Sequence record: OM728297.1
Length of the DNA: 64,000 nt
Direction: 5' to 3' (one strand)
The notes under the pieces were generated by a model, which was not told the DNA's origin, made no database searches, and saw only the letters and a list, made by a program, of their open reading frames with translations. The translations under genes and the position numbers were made by a program. Positions 48,201 through 57,260 of the stretch are shown here, in pieces. Every line of letters begins with the position of its first letter. Position 1 is the first letter of the stretch.

Positions 48201-49525
48201 AGATAGCTAACTTGATAAAGACCGGCTTGACTATAGGTATTAGATTTAACTAAAGATCCCTTGGGAGCATTATTAACATTGTAGTTAACAGTAATATTTG
48301 TACCGTCTATTTCTTCCCAATAAGGTTGAAATTTACCAACAAATTTAGAACCTTCAACTATTTGAGAGGATGTTAATAAATCCTTCAGAGTAAAGCTAAT
48401 ATTATCTAAATCTTTTTTAGGAGGAAGTACATAGAATGTAAATTCATTCGAATCTCTAGTATTAGTCGGATAAGCTTTATCTTTTGCTGTAATAATAGCT
48501 GAATATTTACCATTTTCAGATAAAGATTGAAGCCTACTGTAAGGTATTTCAATTCCATCTTTTTTTAATTTAATAGTATAAGCAATAGAACTATCATCTG
48601 CATTCCAATCTAACTTAACTGAATTTGAAAATCTATTTTCAGTTGTAATATTAATATTAGTATTTTTATCAATAAGTGTAAATTTTATACCACTTAAATC
48701 TTTAGGAGATGAACCTTCAAAAGCAAGAACATAAACTCCATCTGTATCTTGATGGGAGATAGTAGAGTTGGAGTCCAAGTTAAGTGCTGGTGCAACACCA
48801 ATTGTATCATTATCCGCAACAGACTGAGCAAATGCGCCATTTATGTTAATACGATACACAATATGACCAAAATCAGGATAAGCAGAGCGTAACCAGTAAT
48901 AATAGTTTGAACTAGAATTTAATGATGAATGCTGATATTTACTTTGTGTAACGGCTTCATCAGTTGGTTTAAGAATACGATTAGATGAAGAATTTAAATA
49001 TGGAATTGTTGTTCCTTCTTTTCCACTTGAGCCTGCTAATCCCATTTCTGTCATACTAAATAGGAATACATTATCTTGAACAGTCTCTACTCCACCACCG
49101 TCAACTGATGGAACAATTGTTTTCAAATCAGTCTTTAAAATTCTATTTGCAAAATCACTACTAAAATTAGTTAAGAATCCATCTTCTGTATCATAGCTAT
49201 TTCCATTAGAACCAGAAGAAGGAGGTGTATCAGAAGAATTAGTTGCTGTAAACCAAGGTGATGGTTTTGTTGAATTCAACCATTGACGCATATTGGAATA
49301 AAGCCATCTGTTGTTTCCTGATGTTTGCCTATTTGTATTACTATTACTAGGTTCCTTAGCATCAAATGTCTTAATAGAGATGATATTATTAGTCATCAAA
49401 GTAGCACTATTTGCTGGATAACCTGCTAAATCTTTACCAACCAATTTCCAAACAATTGGTTTTCCATTATATTTAGTATTAGGATCCTTTACTAAGGATC
49501 CTAACGGTAAGTCTTTAATTATCAT
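45209..49525 (-). CDS. Large tail-fibre/adhesin protein: N-terminal lectin-like (DUF6273-like) domain, tandem Ig-like repeats, C-terminal coiled coil
   Basis: FDAKEP...GNNRW..SN.RQWLNS, YWLRSA...VAPAL; about 90-aa repeats (V.P.W ... G.Y.L.V...D...P.N). Confidence 0.65.
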   Translation of the reverse strand: MIIKDLPLGSLVKDPNTKYNGKPIVWKLVGKDLAGYPANSATLMTNNIISIKTFDAKEPSNSNTNRQTSGNNRWLYSNMRQWLNSTKPSPWFTATNSSDTPPSSGSNGNSYDTEDGFLTNFSSDFANRILKTDLKTIVPSVDGGGVETVQDNVFLFSMTEMGLAGSSGKEGTTIPYLNSSSNRILKPTDEAVTQSKYQHSSLNSSSNYYYWLRSAYPDFGHIVYRININGAFAQSVADNDTIGVAPALNLDSNSTISHQDTDGVYVLAFEGSSPKDLSGIKFTLIDKNTNINITTENRFSNSVKLDWNADDSSIAYTIKLKKDGIEIPYSRLQSLSENGKYSAIITAKDKAYPTNTRDSNEFTFYVLPPKKDLDNISFTLKDLLTSSQIVEGSKFVGKFQPYWEEIDGTNITVNYNVNNAPKGSLVKSNTYSQAGLYQVSYLITDKNYPDNQATGIINFEVTAAPEDWNDLVLDLRDAITTKPISEGSQFEAKVQPTWKEDSNITYGITVTYNNSLISYKKGDTLTNIGQYTIKFNLTDKNYPDNKKEISVNFEIIEKITDLDTYEMEFIDVNLPEAPNTIISEGKIFKDQEVKPYWQPIPADCTIISYTLERDESTVPFTPNNDVYTDYGNYSITVVLENGAGENKTFIRNFIIAPINTNLDIEIYNDFDETEINEGRIFEDELVLPTWDEPEDCDVDYTLRYDGEDFDFMKDLTVLSNKGDYELELIITEIDNPTNTTTVVRHFSIVDKKVDMNEIALVIVNAITDIPIQNNDVYKGIQVKPFWYTGQLPSNLDYESWITYNGTRRSYDPTDDEDILTEYGDYVVEVKISDHNFPTNYKMVVRNFKLMPGSIDITGKELIIKNKLTGSIIEEGQVFRGKDVAVQPTWDIFAGLKYEHKLYLNGTLLSSFKREDTIRDKGAYRLVVTATDPNYPENKIEISLTFSLTNDLDVDGNENEDAYLNGLPYVMGTPIIDSGDYNLLVVRRKKSNFMVSMSDVNFIVFNPNEEQKPLILADPEYIPSIKDTITIRYPNYGSEFEYKIDSAEEWQSYSEPFDVTDNCIIHARYKDPNGYFVEDTKAITNIDKLPPEPPVVMGFKEGVSTYLTVSPTVQYVYGVEFTATLNGEPYEIGSPIYNEVAEIRDYTLVVTAKKRLNGLTATTIVKFTLDSVPPEPPKIVGVLPEVIQESARPDIDSYEDNPSYKEDNEFEAKLNGRSFKLGTLLNDPNSYQLSVTAIKKINGLRATSYVVFTIIDKIPEPIGPLRISLEPLTEQNKVKAIDGEMVVDRDTGHISIYDDGYLISKTKELEELLALSEKRAVAIDISLQNNEQRINDLKIMKDVLREKVTDLQKRNYEIENDVNTIKSILSYLDFTDLSVIDQFKNSLEEIGTVTSGIRVRIEELRNTTTGKTELALQIMDGLQNNSSLIGETIWYKNNT

Positions 49526-49543
49526 AATTTCACTCCCTTATTA

Positions 49544-51343
49544 TTAACCTTCAATAGTTGGGATAACTGTTGATTTAGCATCTCCTTCAGATACTCCTCC
49601 AATAACTGGAGTGTCAGGTGGTGTAGTATCAATAATATCAACTATTTTGGATGTAATATAGCTTTCATAGTCATCATCACCATCTAGACTTCGTACATAG
49701 ATTATACAATTTTTATAGATTTTAACTGGATCTCTGTACCAACGCCAATCACCATCATTAATCCGATATTGAAATTTCATTGTAGGATCTTTCGGGAAAT
49801 TAACAGTGGCTATAGTTCTATAGCATAATTCATTTGGATCCAAAGTGATCGTATATCTATATTTTATTTTCTTATAGAATTCTACAGTCGTATATTCTGA
49901 ATATAGACCATTTGAAAGTTTATGTGCTTTAGATTCAATACGATATATGCCCTTTTTAGAGTATGTTTGTTCCTCTGGTATTTGCACCCATTGAGTATCA
50001 TTTAAATCTTTTTTATAATAAACTTTTGTTACAGGTACACAACCAGATTGTACAATTATTCTTGGTGAAACAGGGTTAGGGAATCTACCTATGAGTCCGT
50101 AATCTTTACCTTGATAATCTTTATCAATTCTAATAATTGGTGGATCAGGTGGATCATTGTCAATGGTAAATACACCTTTTTTAGTAAGTGTTTTATGGTT
50201 AGTATTTTTTCTAATTGTAACAACAATTGTATAAGTACCATTTTCTACTAATGGAGTGCCTAGAGTATATGCTTTACCATTAATCTTTGCTTCATATAAC
50301 GTGCAACCACTAGGAACGTTAATAGTTGGATAACACGCCGCTAAATATACTTTGTTATATTCATCATATATCCTTGATGTAACAGCTTTATCAAAGATCT
50401 TAAAATCAGGAGCAGGTGTTGGATCTTCATATATAATTCTTGAAGTTGCAAAATCCATTAATGATGGTGTATCTTTATTAGTACATCTTACTGCAACTTC
50501 ATAAGTGCCATACTTATTAATTTTATAATAATTAGTAAAAGTAAAGTTACTAGTATTACCATCAATATCAGTGTATCTTTGAGCAGTTATATCATATTTA
50601 AATTTAGATGTATCTTCTTTCCAAAAAACAGTAATAGGTTTGTAAACTGTATAAGTTTCTGGTGTATTCGGAATTAAGATATTCTTATTAGATCTCTTGT
50701 CATACAGATCAATATTAGGTTTTGTTTTATCTGCAATAGATCTAATACCTGTAATATTTACTGTTGCAGATCTAGAGATTTTGTCTGGTGTTTTTAATTT
50801 TACTTTAAATTTAATTGGTCTTCTATAAGTATTATGAACAGCTAGATACCAAGAACCTTTATACCAGCCACTCCAATCTCCATTACTAGTACTATTAGCC
50901 CACTGATATGTTCCAGGAATAGAAACCCATTTCTTTGGTGTCCATTTTTTAGATAAGTCAGTAGCATCAAATAATTGTGCATTGGTTTGAGACTTAGGAG
51001 CCGCTTTAGATCCTTTTGATATTTTGGTATAAGGTCTTGTACCATAGTTCATGACACCATCATACTTATTCCCATACCAATACCATGCCGGATTAATCCA
51101 TTGCTCTTTGTAGTCATATTTTACTGTAGTTAGAGTCACTTTCATATTTTTCTTAATTGTAACATAACTACTTCCAATAGAGGTTCTTTTTCCTCCTGCA
51201 AGTGTATAGTATTTTTCATTTCCCTTTGGAACTACACATTGAACTTTTATATCTCCATTGGAAAGAACTTGTTTTACAATTAAATAGAAACCGGATTTAG
51301 AACCCTTAATTCTATCTCCAACTTTATAACTAGTTGTAGCCAT
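49544..51343 (-). CDS. Tail-fibre-associated protein with aromatic-rich N-terminus and Ig/Fn3-like domains
   Basis: Trp/Tyr-rich first 200 aa; shares module with the 1438-aa ORF. Confidence 0.55.
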   Translation of the reverse strand: MATTSYKVGDRIKGSKSGFYLIVKQVLSNGDIKVQCVVPKGNEKYYTLAGGKRTSIGSSYVTIKKNMKVTLTTVKYDYKEQWINPAWYWYGNKYDGVMNYGTRPYTKISKGSKAAPKSQTNAQLFDATDLSKKWTPKKWVSIPGTYQWANSTSNGDWSGWYKGSWYLAVHNTYRRPIKFKVKLKTPDKISRSATVNITGIRSIADKTKPNIDLYDKRSNKNILIPNTPETYTVYKPITVFWKEDTSKFKYDITAQRYTDIDGNTSNFTFTNYYKINKYGTYEVAVRCTNKDTPSLMDFATSRIIYEDPTPAPDFKIFDKAVTSRIYDEYNKVYLAACYPTINVPSGCTLYEAKINGKAYTLGTPLVENGTYTIVVTIRKNTNHKTLTKKGVFTIDNDPPDPPIIRIDKDYQGKDYGLIGRFPNPVSPRIIVQSGCVPVTKVYYKKDLNDTQWVQIPEEQTYSKKGIYRIESKAHKLSNGLYSEYTTVEFYKKIKYRYTITLDPNELCYRTIATVNFPKDPTMKFQYRINDGDWRWYRDPVKIYKNCIIYVRSLDGDDDYESYITSKIVDIIDTTPPDTPVIGGVSEGDAKSTVIPTIEG

Positions 51344-51354
51344 TTATTTACCTC

Positions 51355-51954
51355 CTAACCTATAACTATTACTTTGTATTGATTTGGTGATGGCGCAGAT
51401 AAGAAATTTATTCTTATTGTGTTTGCATCCTCAATAGAAACATTAGTCATAACTAAATCTTTTGTTTCTTCATCCCATACACTTACATTAATGTCATCAG
51501 TTCCCAAATTATGTCTTATAACAAAGCTATGGTTACTACTATTACCAATTAGTTCTGAATATTTTAAGACTCCAATTAAGCTACCATCTTCACTTTCTCT
51601 TATATCATTTAGCTTTCTACGAACATCCCCATCTAAATCACTTTCGGGAATCCCATTAATAGGTTTAGAATATTTAGAATCCCAATCTAATACTTTAATA
51701 TCGTTTAAGTGACGTTTACTATCTTCTACATGATTTTTTACATATTCAATGTTTGCCTTACTCTGAATATCTTTTATTAAATTAGTTAATTGAGACAACT
51801 CTATTCCTGAAGAATTTATGACAGAAAGGAGGTTAAATAACTGTTCCATATTCTTTTCCATATATGACAATCTATTATTTAATTCTTTATAAATGTAACC
51901 ATTCTGTACATCATTTGATTCTATCCGCATCTCGTTAGGCATAATAACTCTCAC
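51355..51954 (-). CDS. Short fibre paralog with one His-repeat and HNLGT C-terminal domain
   Basis: HVEDSKRHL...WDSKYSKPINGIPESDL; late promoter 51976-51987. Confidence 0.55.
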   Translation of the reverse strand: MRVIMPNEMRIESNDVQNGYIYKELNNRLSYMEKNMEQLFNLLSVINSSGIELSQLTNLIKDIQSKANIEYVKNHVEDSKRHLNDIKVLDWDSKYSKPINGIPESDLDGDVRRKLNDIRESEDGSLIGVLKYSELIGNSSNHSFVIRHNLGTDDINVSVWDEETKDLVMTNVSIEDANTIRINFLSAPSPNQYKVIVIG

Positions 51955-52064
51955 CTTCTTTAATAATTTTCTACTTATCTATATGTTCTTTTCCTCTTAA
52001 GAACTAGAAATAATAATGTAAATGAAGATAGACAAATAGCCTATCTTCATTTACATTTATTTTA

Positions 52065-54896
52065 TTAGCGGATCACTACTTTACCAATAAAGGCAGTAGG
52101 AAATTGTACTTCAATATCTTTTGTTGTATCATTGACACGAACAAGAGATGGTTGAACAGTTTCCCAGAATTCTGCATTTTGTGTATAAGCCACAACAGAA
52201 TATTCAAATGGCTCTTTAGTGATTCCATGCTCAGTAGCAAGAATTGAAACAGTAGTAGCTTCTTCAGTTACCGTTTTAGTGTAAGGCATAGAAACACTAT
52301 TAAGTTTGTTTTGCAATTCCACTACTAGATCAGTTGCTGGAATACCTTCAGCTGGTTTAGCATACTTAGCAGACCACTCAGTTTTTTGTTCATCAGTTAC
52401 GTGAACAGTTTCATCAGCGATATGATTTGCACTATTAGTAAGAGCTGTAGATACAGACGCTTCAAGGTCAGTAACAGGAATACCTTCAGCTGGTTTAGCA
52501 TACTTAGCAGACCACTCAGTTTTTTGTGCCGCTGTTACATGGATAGTACCATCAGCAACATGGTCAGCAAAGCCATCTACAGTTGTAACAAAACCACTTT
52601 CGAGGTCAGTTGCTGGAATACCTTCAGCTGGTTTATCATATTTGGCATTCCATTTAGAGCGTTCAGCATCTGTAATGTGAACAGTAGTATCACCAGTATG
52701 ATTAGAAAGATCAGCAACAGAAGCCGCACCATCAATCTTACCTTTAAGAGCATCGGACAGATCAGTTTCTGGAATACCAGTATTAGGTTTAGCATACTTA
52801 GCGTTCCAGCTAGCTCTTTCTGAAGCAGTTACGTGTTTAACTGTATCAGTAGCATGAGCATTAAAGTCTGTGTTTGATACCATACCATTTACTTTAGAAA
52901 TAAATGACTGTGCCATATCAGACTCAGGAATACCAGTTGATGGTTTAGCATACTTGCCATTCCAGATAGTACGCTCTTCAGCAGTAATGTGAACAGTAGT
53001 ATCATCTACATGGGTAGTTAGATCTGCCGCAGAAGCTGAACCATTGATTTTAGCCTCAAGTCCTGCTTCCAAATCTGCCGCCGGAATACCTTCTTCTGGT
53101 TTAGCATACTTGCCATTCCAAGCAATTCTTTCGTCAGCAGTGATGTGTTTAACAGCATCAGTAGCATGTGCATTTAGATTTGCCTGTGTTGCCATTCCAG
53201 CTACTTTATCACGGAAAGCAAGAGTAAGATCAGTTTCAGGGATACCATCAGTTGGTTTGACATATTTGGCATTCCAGTTACTACGCTCAACAGTTGTAAT
53301 ATGTTTAACAGTATCATTGGTATGAGCCGCAAGATCAGCAGAAGTAGCCGCACTATTAATTTTAGTTTTGAGATCTTTTTCAAGATCTTCTTCAGGAATT
53401 CCTGTTAATGGTTTATCATACTTAGCATTCCATTTATCACGTTCTGATTGAGCTAAGTGACGTACACTATCAGTTTCGTGTTCTAAGAAATCTGCATTAG
53501 TAACCATTCCATTAATCTTTGTCTGTAAGCCAGAAGCAAGATCAGTTTCAGGGATACCAGTTGATGGTTTGTCATATTTAACGTTCCATTTAGAACGTTC
53601 TGTTTCTGTAATATGGATTGTACCATCAGCCTTGTGGTTATTCCAATTTTCACGTTCTTTTTCACTAATATGGACAGTAGTATTTGAAGCATGATCAGTA
53701 AGTTCTTGCTTAGTAGCCGCACTACCAATTTTACTCTGTACACTAGAATCCAAATCAGCCATTGGAACACCAGTTGATGGTTTTACATATTTTCCATTCC
53801 AAGAAAGACGTTCAGCATTAGTAATGTGAGCAACTGAATCATTTTTGTGATCGGTTAGAGCTGTAGCTGTAGCCGCACCATTAATTTTATCTTGGACAGG
53901 TAATTCTAGATCTTTCATTGGAACGCCGTTAGCTGGTTTATCATACTTAGCATTCCATTTATCACGTTCTTCGCCTGTGATATGTTTAATAACATCATCT
54001 TCATGATCTTGAAGATCAACTGCTTTAGCCGCACTATTGATACTATTTTGAACAATTTCAGAGAAATCAGTCATTGGAATACCAGTAGCAGGTTTATCAT
54101 ACTTAGCATTCCATTTAGCACGCTCAGTAGATGATGTATGAATATCAAGATTATTAGTATGATTAGAAAGATCGGAATTTAAAGCAGATGCTTTAATACG
54201 ATCAGAAACAACTGGATCTAGATCTTTCATTGGAATACCAGTAGCAGGTTTATCATACTTATTATTCCATGCTCCACGTTCAGTTCCAGTAATGTGTCGA
54301 ACTGAATCATTGAAGTGAGGATCAAACTCAGTATGACGAACAATATCTTTATCAATGAATTCAGAATAAATTTTTTTATCTGCATTGAAAAGATCAGACT
54401 TTGCAATTTTTGCAGATAATAGACTATCTACTTCTGATTTAATATAAAAACGAGAAGTATCTAGTGTTAATTTATTAAGATCTTCAATGTTTTCCAATTT
54501 AATTTTACCAGTAAAGTGTCCATCTTCAGTAATAAGAGCCTTAATAACACCTTGAGAAACAAAAGCAGCAATATTACCAGTGCTTGTATTTTCCAATACA
54601 GTACTACCAATATTTTTAAGCATAGAGTCAGTGTTTCTAGCATGCTTTTTCTCAATAGCATCTTTAAGTTCGTCATTCATAGTGACTCCAACACTGGATT
54701 CATAAATTGGGCGTCCTGTTTCTGTGTAGCCAATAGGGTCAGTATTAGCATTACCAGAAGAATAGTTAGTACCATTCAAGGTAATTTTGGAGACAGAACT
54801 AAAGCGATTATCAGCCATTAATTGGTCAATAATTGTCTTACTCAAGCTATTTGAGCTTAATGTGTTTGTATAGAAAGAACTCAAATCATAAGCCAT
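52065..54896 (-). CDS. Long tail fibre with 14 His-containing repeats
   Basis: H-x2-D-x3-H-[IV]-T-x2-ER-x2-WN-x-KY-x-KP-x2-G[IV]P-x2-DL; period mostly 52 aa. Confidence 0.75.
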   Translation of the reverse strand: MAYDLSSFYTNTLSSNSLSKTIIDQLMADNRFSSVSKITLNGTNYSSGNANTDPIGYTETGRPIYESSVGVTMNDELKDAIEKKHARNTDSMLKNIGSTVLENTSTGNIAAFVSQGVIKALITEDGHFTGKIKLENIEDLNKLTLDTSRFYIKSEVDSLLSAKIAKSDLFNADKKIYSEFIDKDIVRHTEFDPHFNDSVRHITGTERGAWNNKYDKPATGIPMKDLDPVVSDRIKASALNSDLSNHTNNLDIHTSSTERAKWNAKYDKPATGIPMTDFSEIVQNSINSAAKAVDLQDHEDDVIKHITGEERDKWNAKYDKPANGVPMKDLELPVQDKINGAATATALTDHKNDSVAHITNAERLSWNGKYVKPSTGVPMADLDSSVQSKIGSAATKQELTDHASNTTVHISEKERENWNNHKADGTIHITETERSKWNVKYDKPSTGIPETDLASGLQTKINGMVTNADFLEHETDSVRHLAQSERDKWNAKYDKPLTGIPEEDLEKDLKTKINSAATSADLAAHTNDTVKHITTVERSNWNAKYVKPTDGIPETDLTLAFRDKVAGMATQANLNAHATDAVKHITADERIAWNGKYAKPEEGIPAADLEAGLEAKINGSASAADLTTHVDDTTVHITAEERTIWNGKYAKPSTGIPESDMAQSFISKVNGMVSNTDFNAHATDTVKHVTASERASWNAKYAKPNTGIPETDLSDALKGKIDGAASVADLSNHTGDTTVHITDAERSKWNAKYDKPAEGIPATDLESGFVTTVDGFADHVADGTIHVTAAQKTEWSAKYAKPAEGIPVTDLEASVSTALTNSANHIADETVHVTDEQKTEWSAKYAKPAEGIPATDLVVELQNKLNSVSMPYTKTVTEEATTVSILATEHGITKEPFEYSVVAYTQNAEFWETVQPSLVRVNDTTKDIEVQFPTAFIGKVVIR

Positions 54897-54919
54897 TAGA
54901 GTCTACACATCCTTTTCTG

Positions 54920-57253
54920 TTATTTTAATCCTTTGTAATTTACCTTATCATACGGTTCATTACAATCGATTAATATATTGTTATTTAAGTAAGGTAACAC
55001 TAGTGATAAATTTTCGTTCAAATAAGTTAAAAACTCAATACTACCAATTTCATTGCAGTCAAAATCACAATCTTTATCCTGTATAAATTGTCTATCTACT
55101 TTTGTATTAATAAGATAAGACCTGCCGGGATTAAATAAGGAAATATTATCCTCAAATCTCCGTTCATTATAGGATCTGTTACAGTTAACACTTATATCAT
55201 GATTGAAATAGGTAGGTAATTTTTTCATATAATCCATAACTACTGGACTTTCTTTTAAACCAGTAAAAAGATTGTTGTTATTTGAATCTAATTCGGGAGC
55301 AATATTATTTTTAATCATATTAAATAGTTGCTCAAAATATTGATATTTATCTTTCAATTGATAAATATATTTAAGTCCAATATATTTATCTTGATCAGTT
55401 TCTTCTATAGCTTCACTTGAATGAGTTTTTAACCATTCTTCAATAAATTTATCTTGACCAATTCTCTTTGACTTGATATCATCTTTTGAGGGATATTTTT
55501 TATAGAGTTCAATTAGTCTTTTAAGAAGATCATCTTCTTGATAATGAAAAGTAATCATTATATTTTTTCTGGTTCCAATATTTTTTAAAATAAGTGATTT
55601 AGAGTTTATGATATCGTATTGTGTACTATTTAGCTTCTTATTGTTGGCATAAATAGTAAAAGTTCCATCTATTAAAGGATAAGAATCATCTTGTAGAGTT
55701 ATTATTGCCCTGTTATCCTCTCTCTTTGGAACTTCACTAAAGAAAAAATATGAGTTTTTCATATAATCTCTAAAAGTTAATTCAATTTTAGAACCAAAAT
55801 GAGTCATATCTTTAAAAAGAATCATACTTGGAATTTGATTATGAAGTTGCATATTAATTAATGCAAAATCATCATTGGGAGTTAACCGATATCCATTAAC
55901 AAATACCTCTACATTTTCTATATCTTCCATAAATTCTGTAACTACTTCACCATTACTTGTCACATGAGAAACAGGAACAAAATAACATGGAACTTGATAG
56001 TAATTTGCCATTAAGTTAAAAGCATCAGTCTTAAAGAACATTGATTCAGTGATATTATTGGAAACTACCATAATCTCATTTCCAATTTTCGGAATGTAAT
56101 TATCTTTTATAATTACCTCTAGAGAAAAACGATCTTCTGTAAAGTAATTAACAATAATTTTAGTTCTTTTAGGATTAACACGTTTCCATGAGTTACTATT
56201 CTTGAATCTAACATAAACTGAAAAATCTCTATGAGAGAAATATTTTCCAATTCCATCTGTTTTAACAGTAATTCCCTTTGTATATAGATTCTCAACATCT
56301 TCTTTTGTTTGAATAATATAAGTACATTTAATTTCTTCATAATCAATTAATGGGTTTCTAAAAGTTTCCAATTCTATAGTTGAATCATCTTTTATATCAC
56401 CCTCTTTTAAATACGAACGACTTATTCCATCTAACTTATTTTGAGAATTATTGTCTCGGTGAAATATCTTTTTACCATCAACATACGCATTTAATTTATG
56501 TCTATCAGATATAAAATGATTTATATCTTTCATAGTAAATTGATACTTTTCACCATTTACCCCAAAATTAGCCTCTTCGCCATAAGCATCAAACTTATTA
56601 GTTAATAGATATTTTCCTTTAGTACCAGTAGTTAATTTAAATACTCTATTATTTACTGGATTACAAATAAGATTTATTAATTTTTTAATATAACTAGGAT
56701 CAATATAATTTTTATTTGTTAATTTATCCATTAAAAATTTATTCATATAACGAATATCGCCATTGATAGTTATTTCTCTTAGTTCTTTATAATCTTTATC
56801 AATTTTAAATAATATCCCATCTCTATTTGGAAAATAACTGTCCCAAGCTTCATCAACACACCATACTCTTAAACGATAAAAATATTCATCATTCTTATAA
56901 GTGACAGAAGGTAAATTATCTGTAAATAGTGTATCTGTAATACTGAGAGATTTTTTAAATTTTTCTCCTCTAGTGATTACATCGCCGTTATTATCTATAA
57001 TTTCTATTTGCATGTAGATCTCTAGTTTAGAATAGTTTTTAAAATTCCAAGAGAATTGATTTTTTTGTTTATCTAATTCTCCAATATAGAAAAGAGGGAT
57101 TTCCTCATCTTTCTCAGTTGTTGCACCATTATCATCTCTCGCAGTTATAGAAAGGGTCAGATGGGTACTATCGAACCCATCTGTGTTATAACTGAGAAGT
57201 TCATCAATGTCAATAGGTGAATTTAAGAATTCGGATTGAAATCTAATTGACAT
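54920..57253 (-). CDS. Tail/baseplate structural protein; N-terminus completes the repeat begun in the upstream gene
   Basis: Begins mid-repeat; later V.VNG..L...D-type repeats. Confidence 0.6.
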   Translation of the reverse strand: MSIRFQSEFLNSPIDIDELLSYNTDGFDSTHLTLSITARDDNGATTEKDEEIPLFYIGELDKQKNQFSWNFKNYSKLEIYMQIEIIDNNGDVITRGEKFKKSLSITDTLFTDNLPSVTYKNDEYFYRLRVWCVDEAWDSYFPNRDGILFKIDKDYKELREITINGDIRYMNKFLMDKLTNKNYIDPSYIKKLINLICNPVNNRVFKLTTGTKGKYLLTNKFDAYGEEANFGVNGEKYQFTMKDINHFISDRHKLNAYVDGKKIFHRDNNSQNKLDGISRSYLKEGDIKDDSTIELETFRNPLIDYEEIKCTYIIQTKEDVENLYTKGITVKTDGIGKYFSHRDFSVYVRFKNSNSWKRVNPKRTKIIVNYFTEDRFSLEVIIKDNYIPKIGNEIMVVSNNITESMFFKTDAFNLMANYYQVPCYFVPVSHVTSNGEVVTEFMEDIENVEVFVNGYRLTPNDDFALINMQLHNQIPSMILFKDMTHFGSKIELTFRDYMKNSYFFFSEVPKREDNRAIITLQDDSYPLIDGTFTIYANNKKLNSTQYDIINSKSLILKNIGTRKNIMITFHYQEDDLLKRLIELYKKYPSKDDIKSKRIGQDKFIEEWLKTHSSEAIEETDQDKYIGLKYIYQLKDKYQYFEQLFNMIKNNIAPELDSNNNNLFTGLKESPVVMDYMKKLPTYFNHDISVNCNRSYNERRFEDNISLFNPGRSYLINTKVDRQFIQDKDCDFDCNEIGSIEFLTYLNENLSLVLPYLNNNILIDCNEPYDKVNYKGLK

Positions 57254-57260
57254 AAATTTA

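Noticed and set aside
45209-49525. Diversity-generating retroelement
   Set aside because: No reverse transcriptase, Avd or template-repeat copy seen in this window
52065-54896. CRISPR-like periodic DNA repeats
   Set aside because: Repeats are in-frame, degenerate at codon third positions and encode protein repeats
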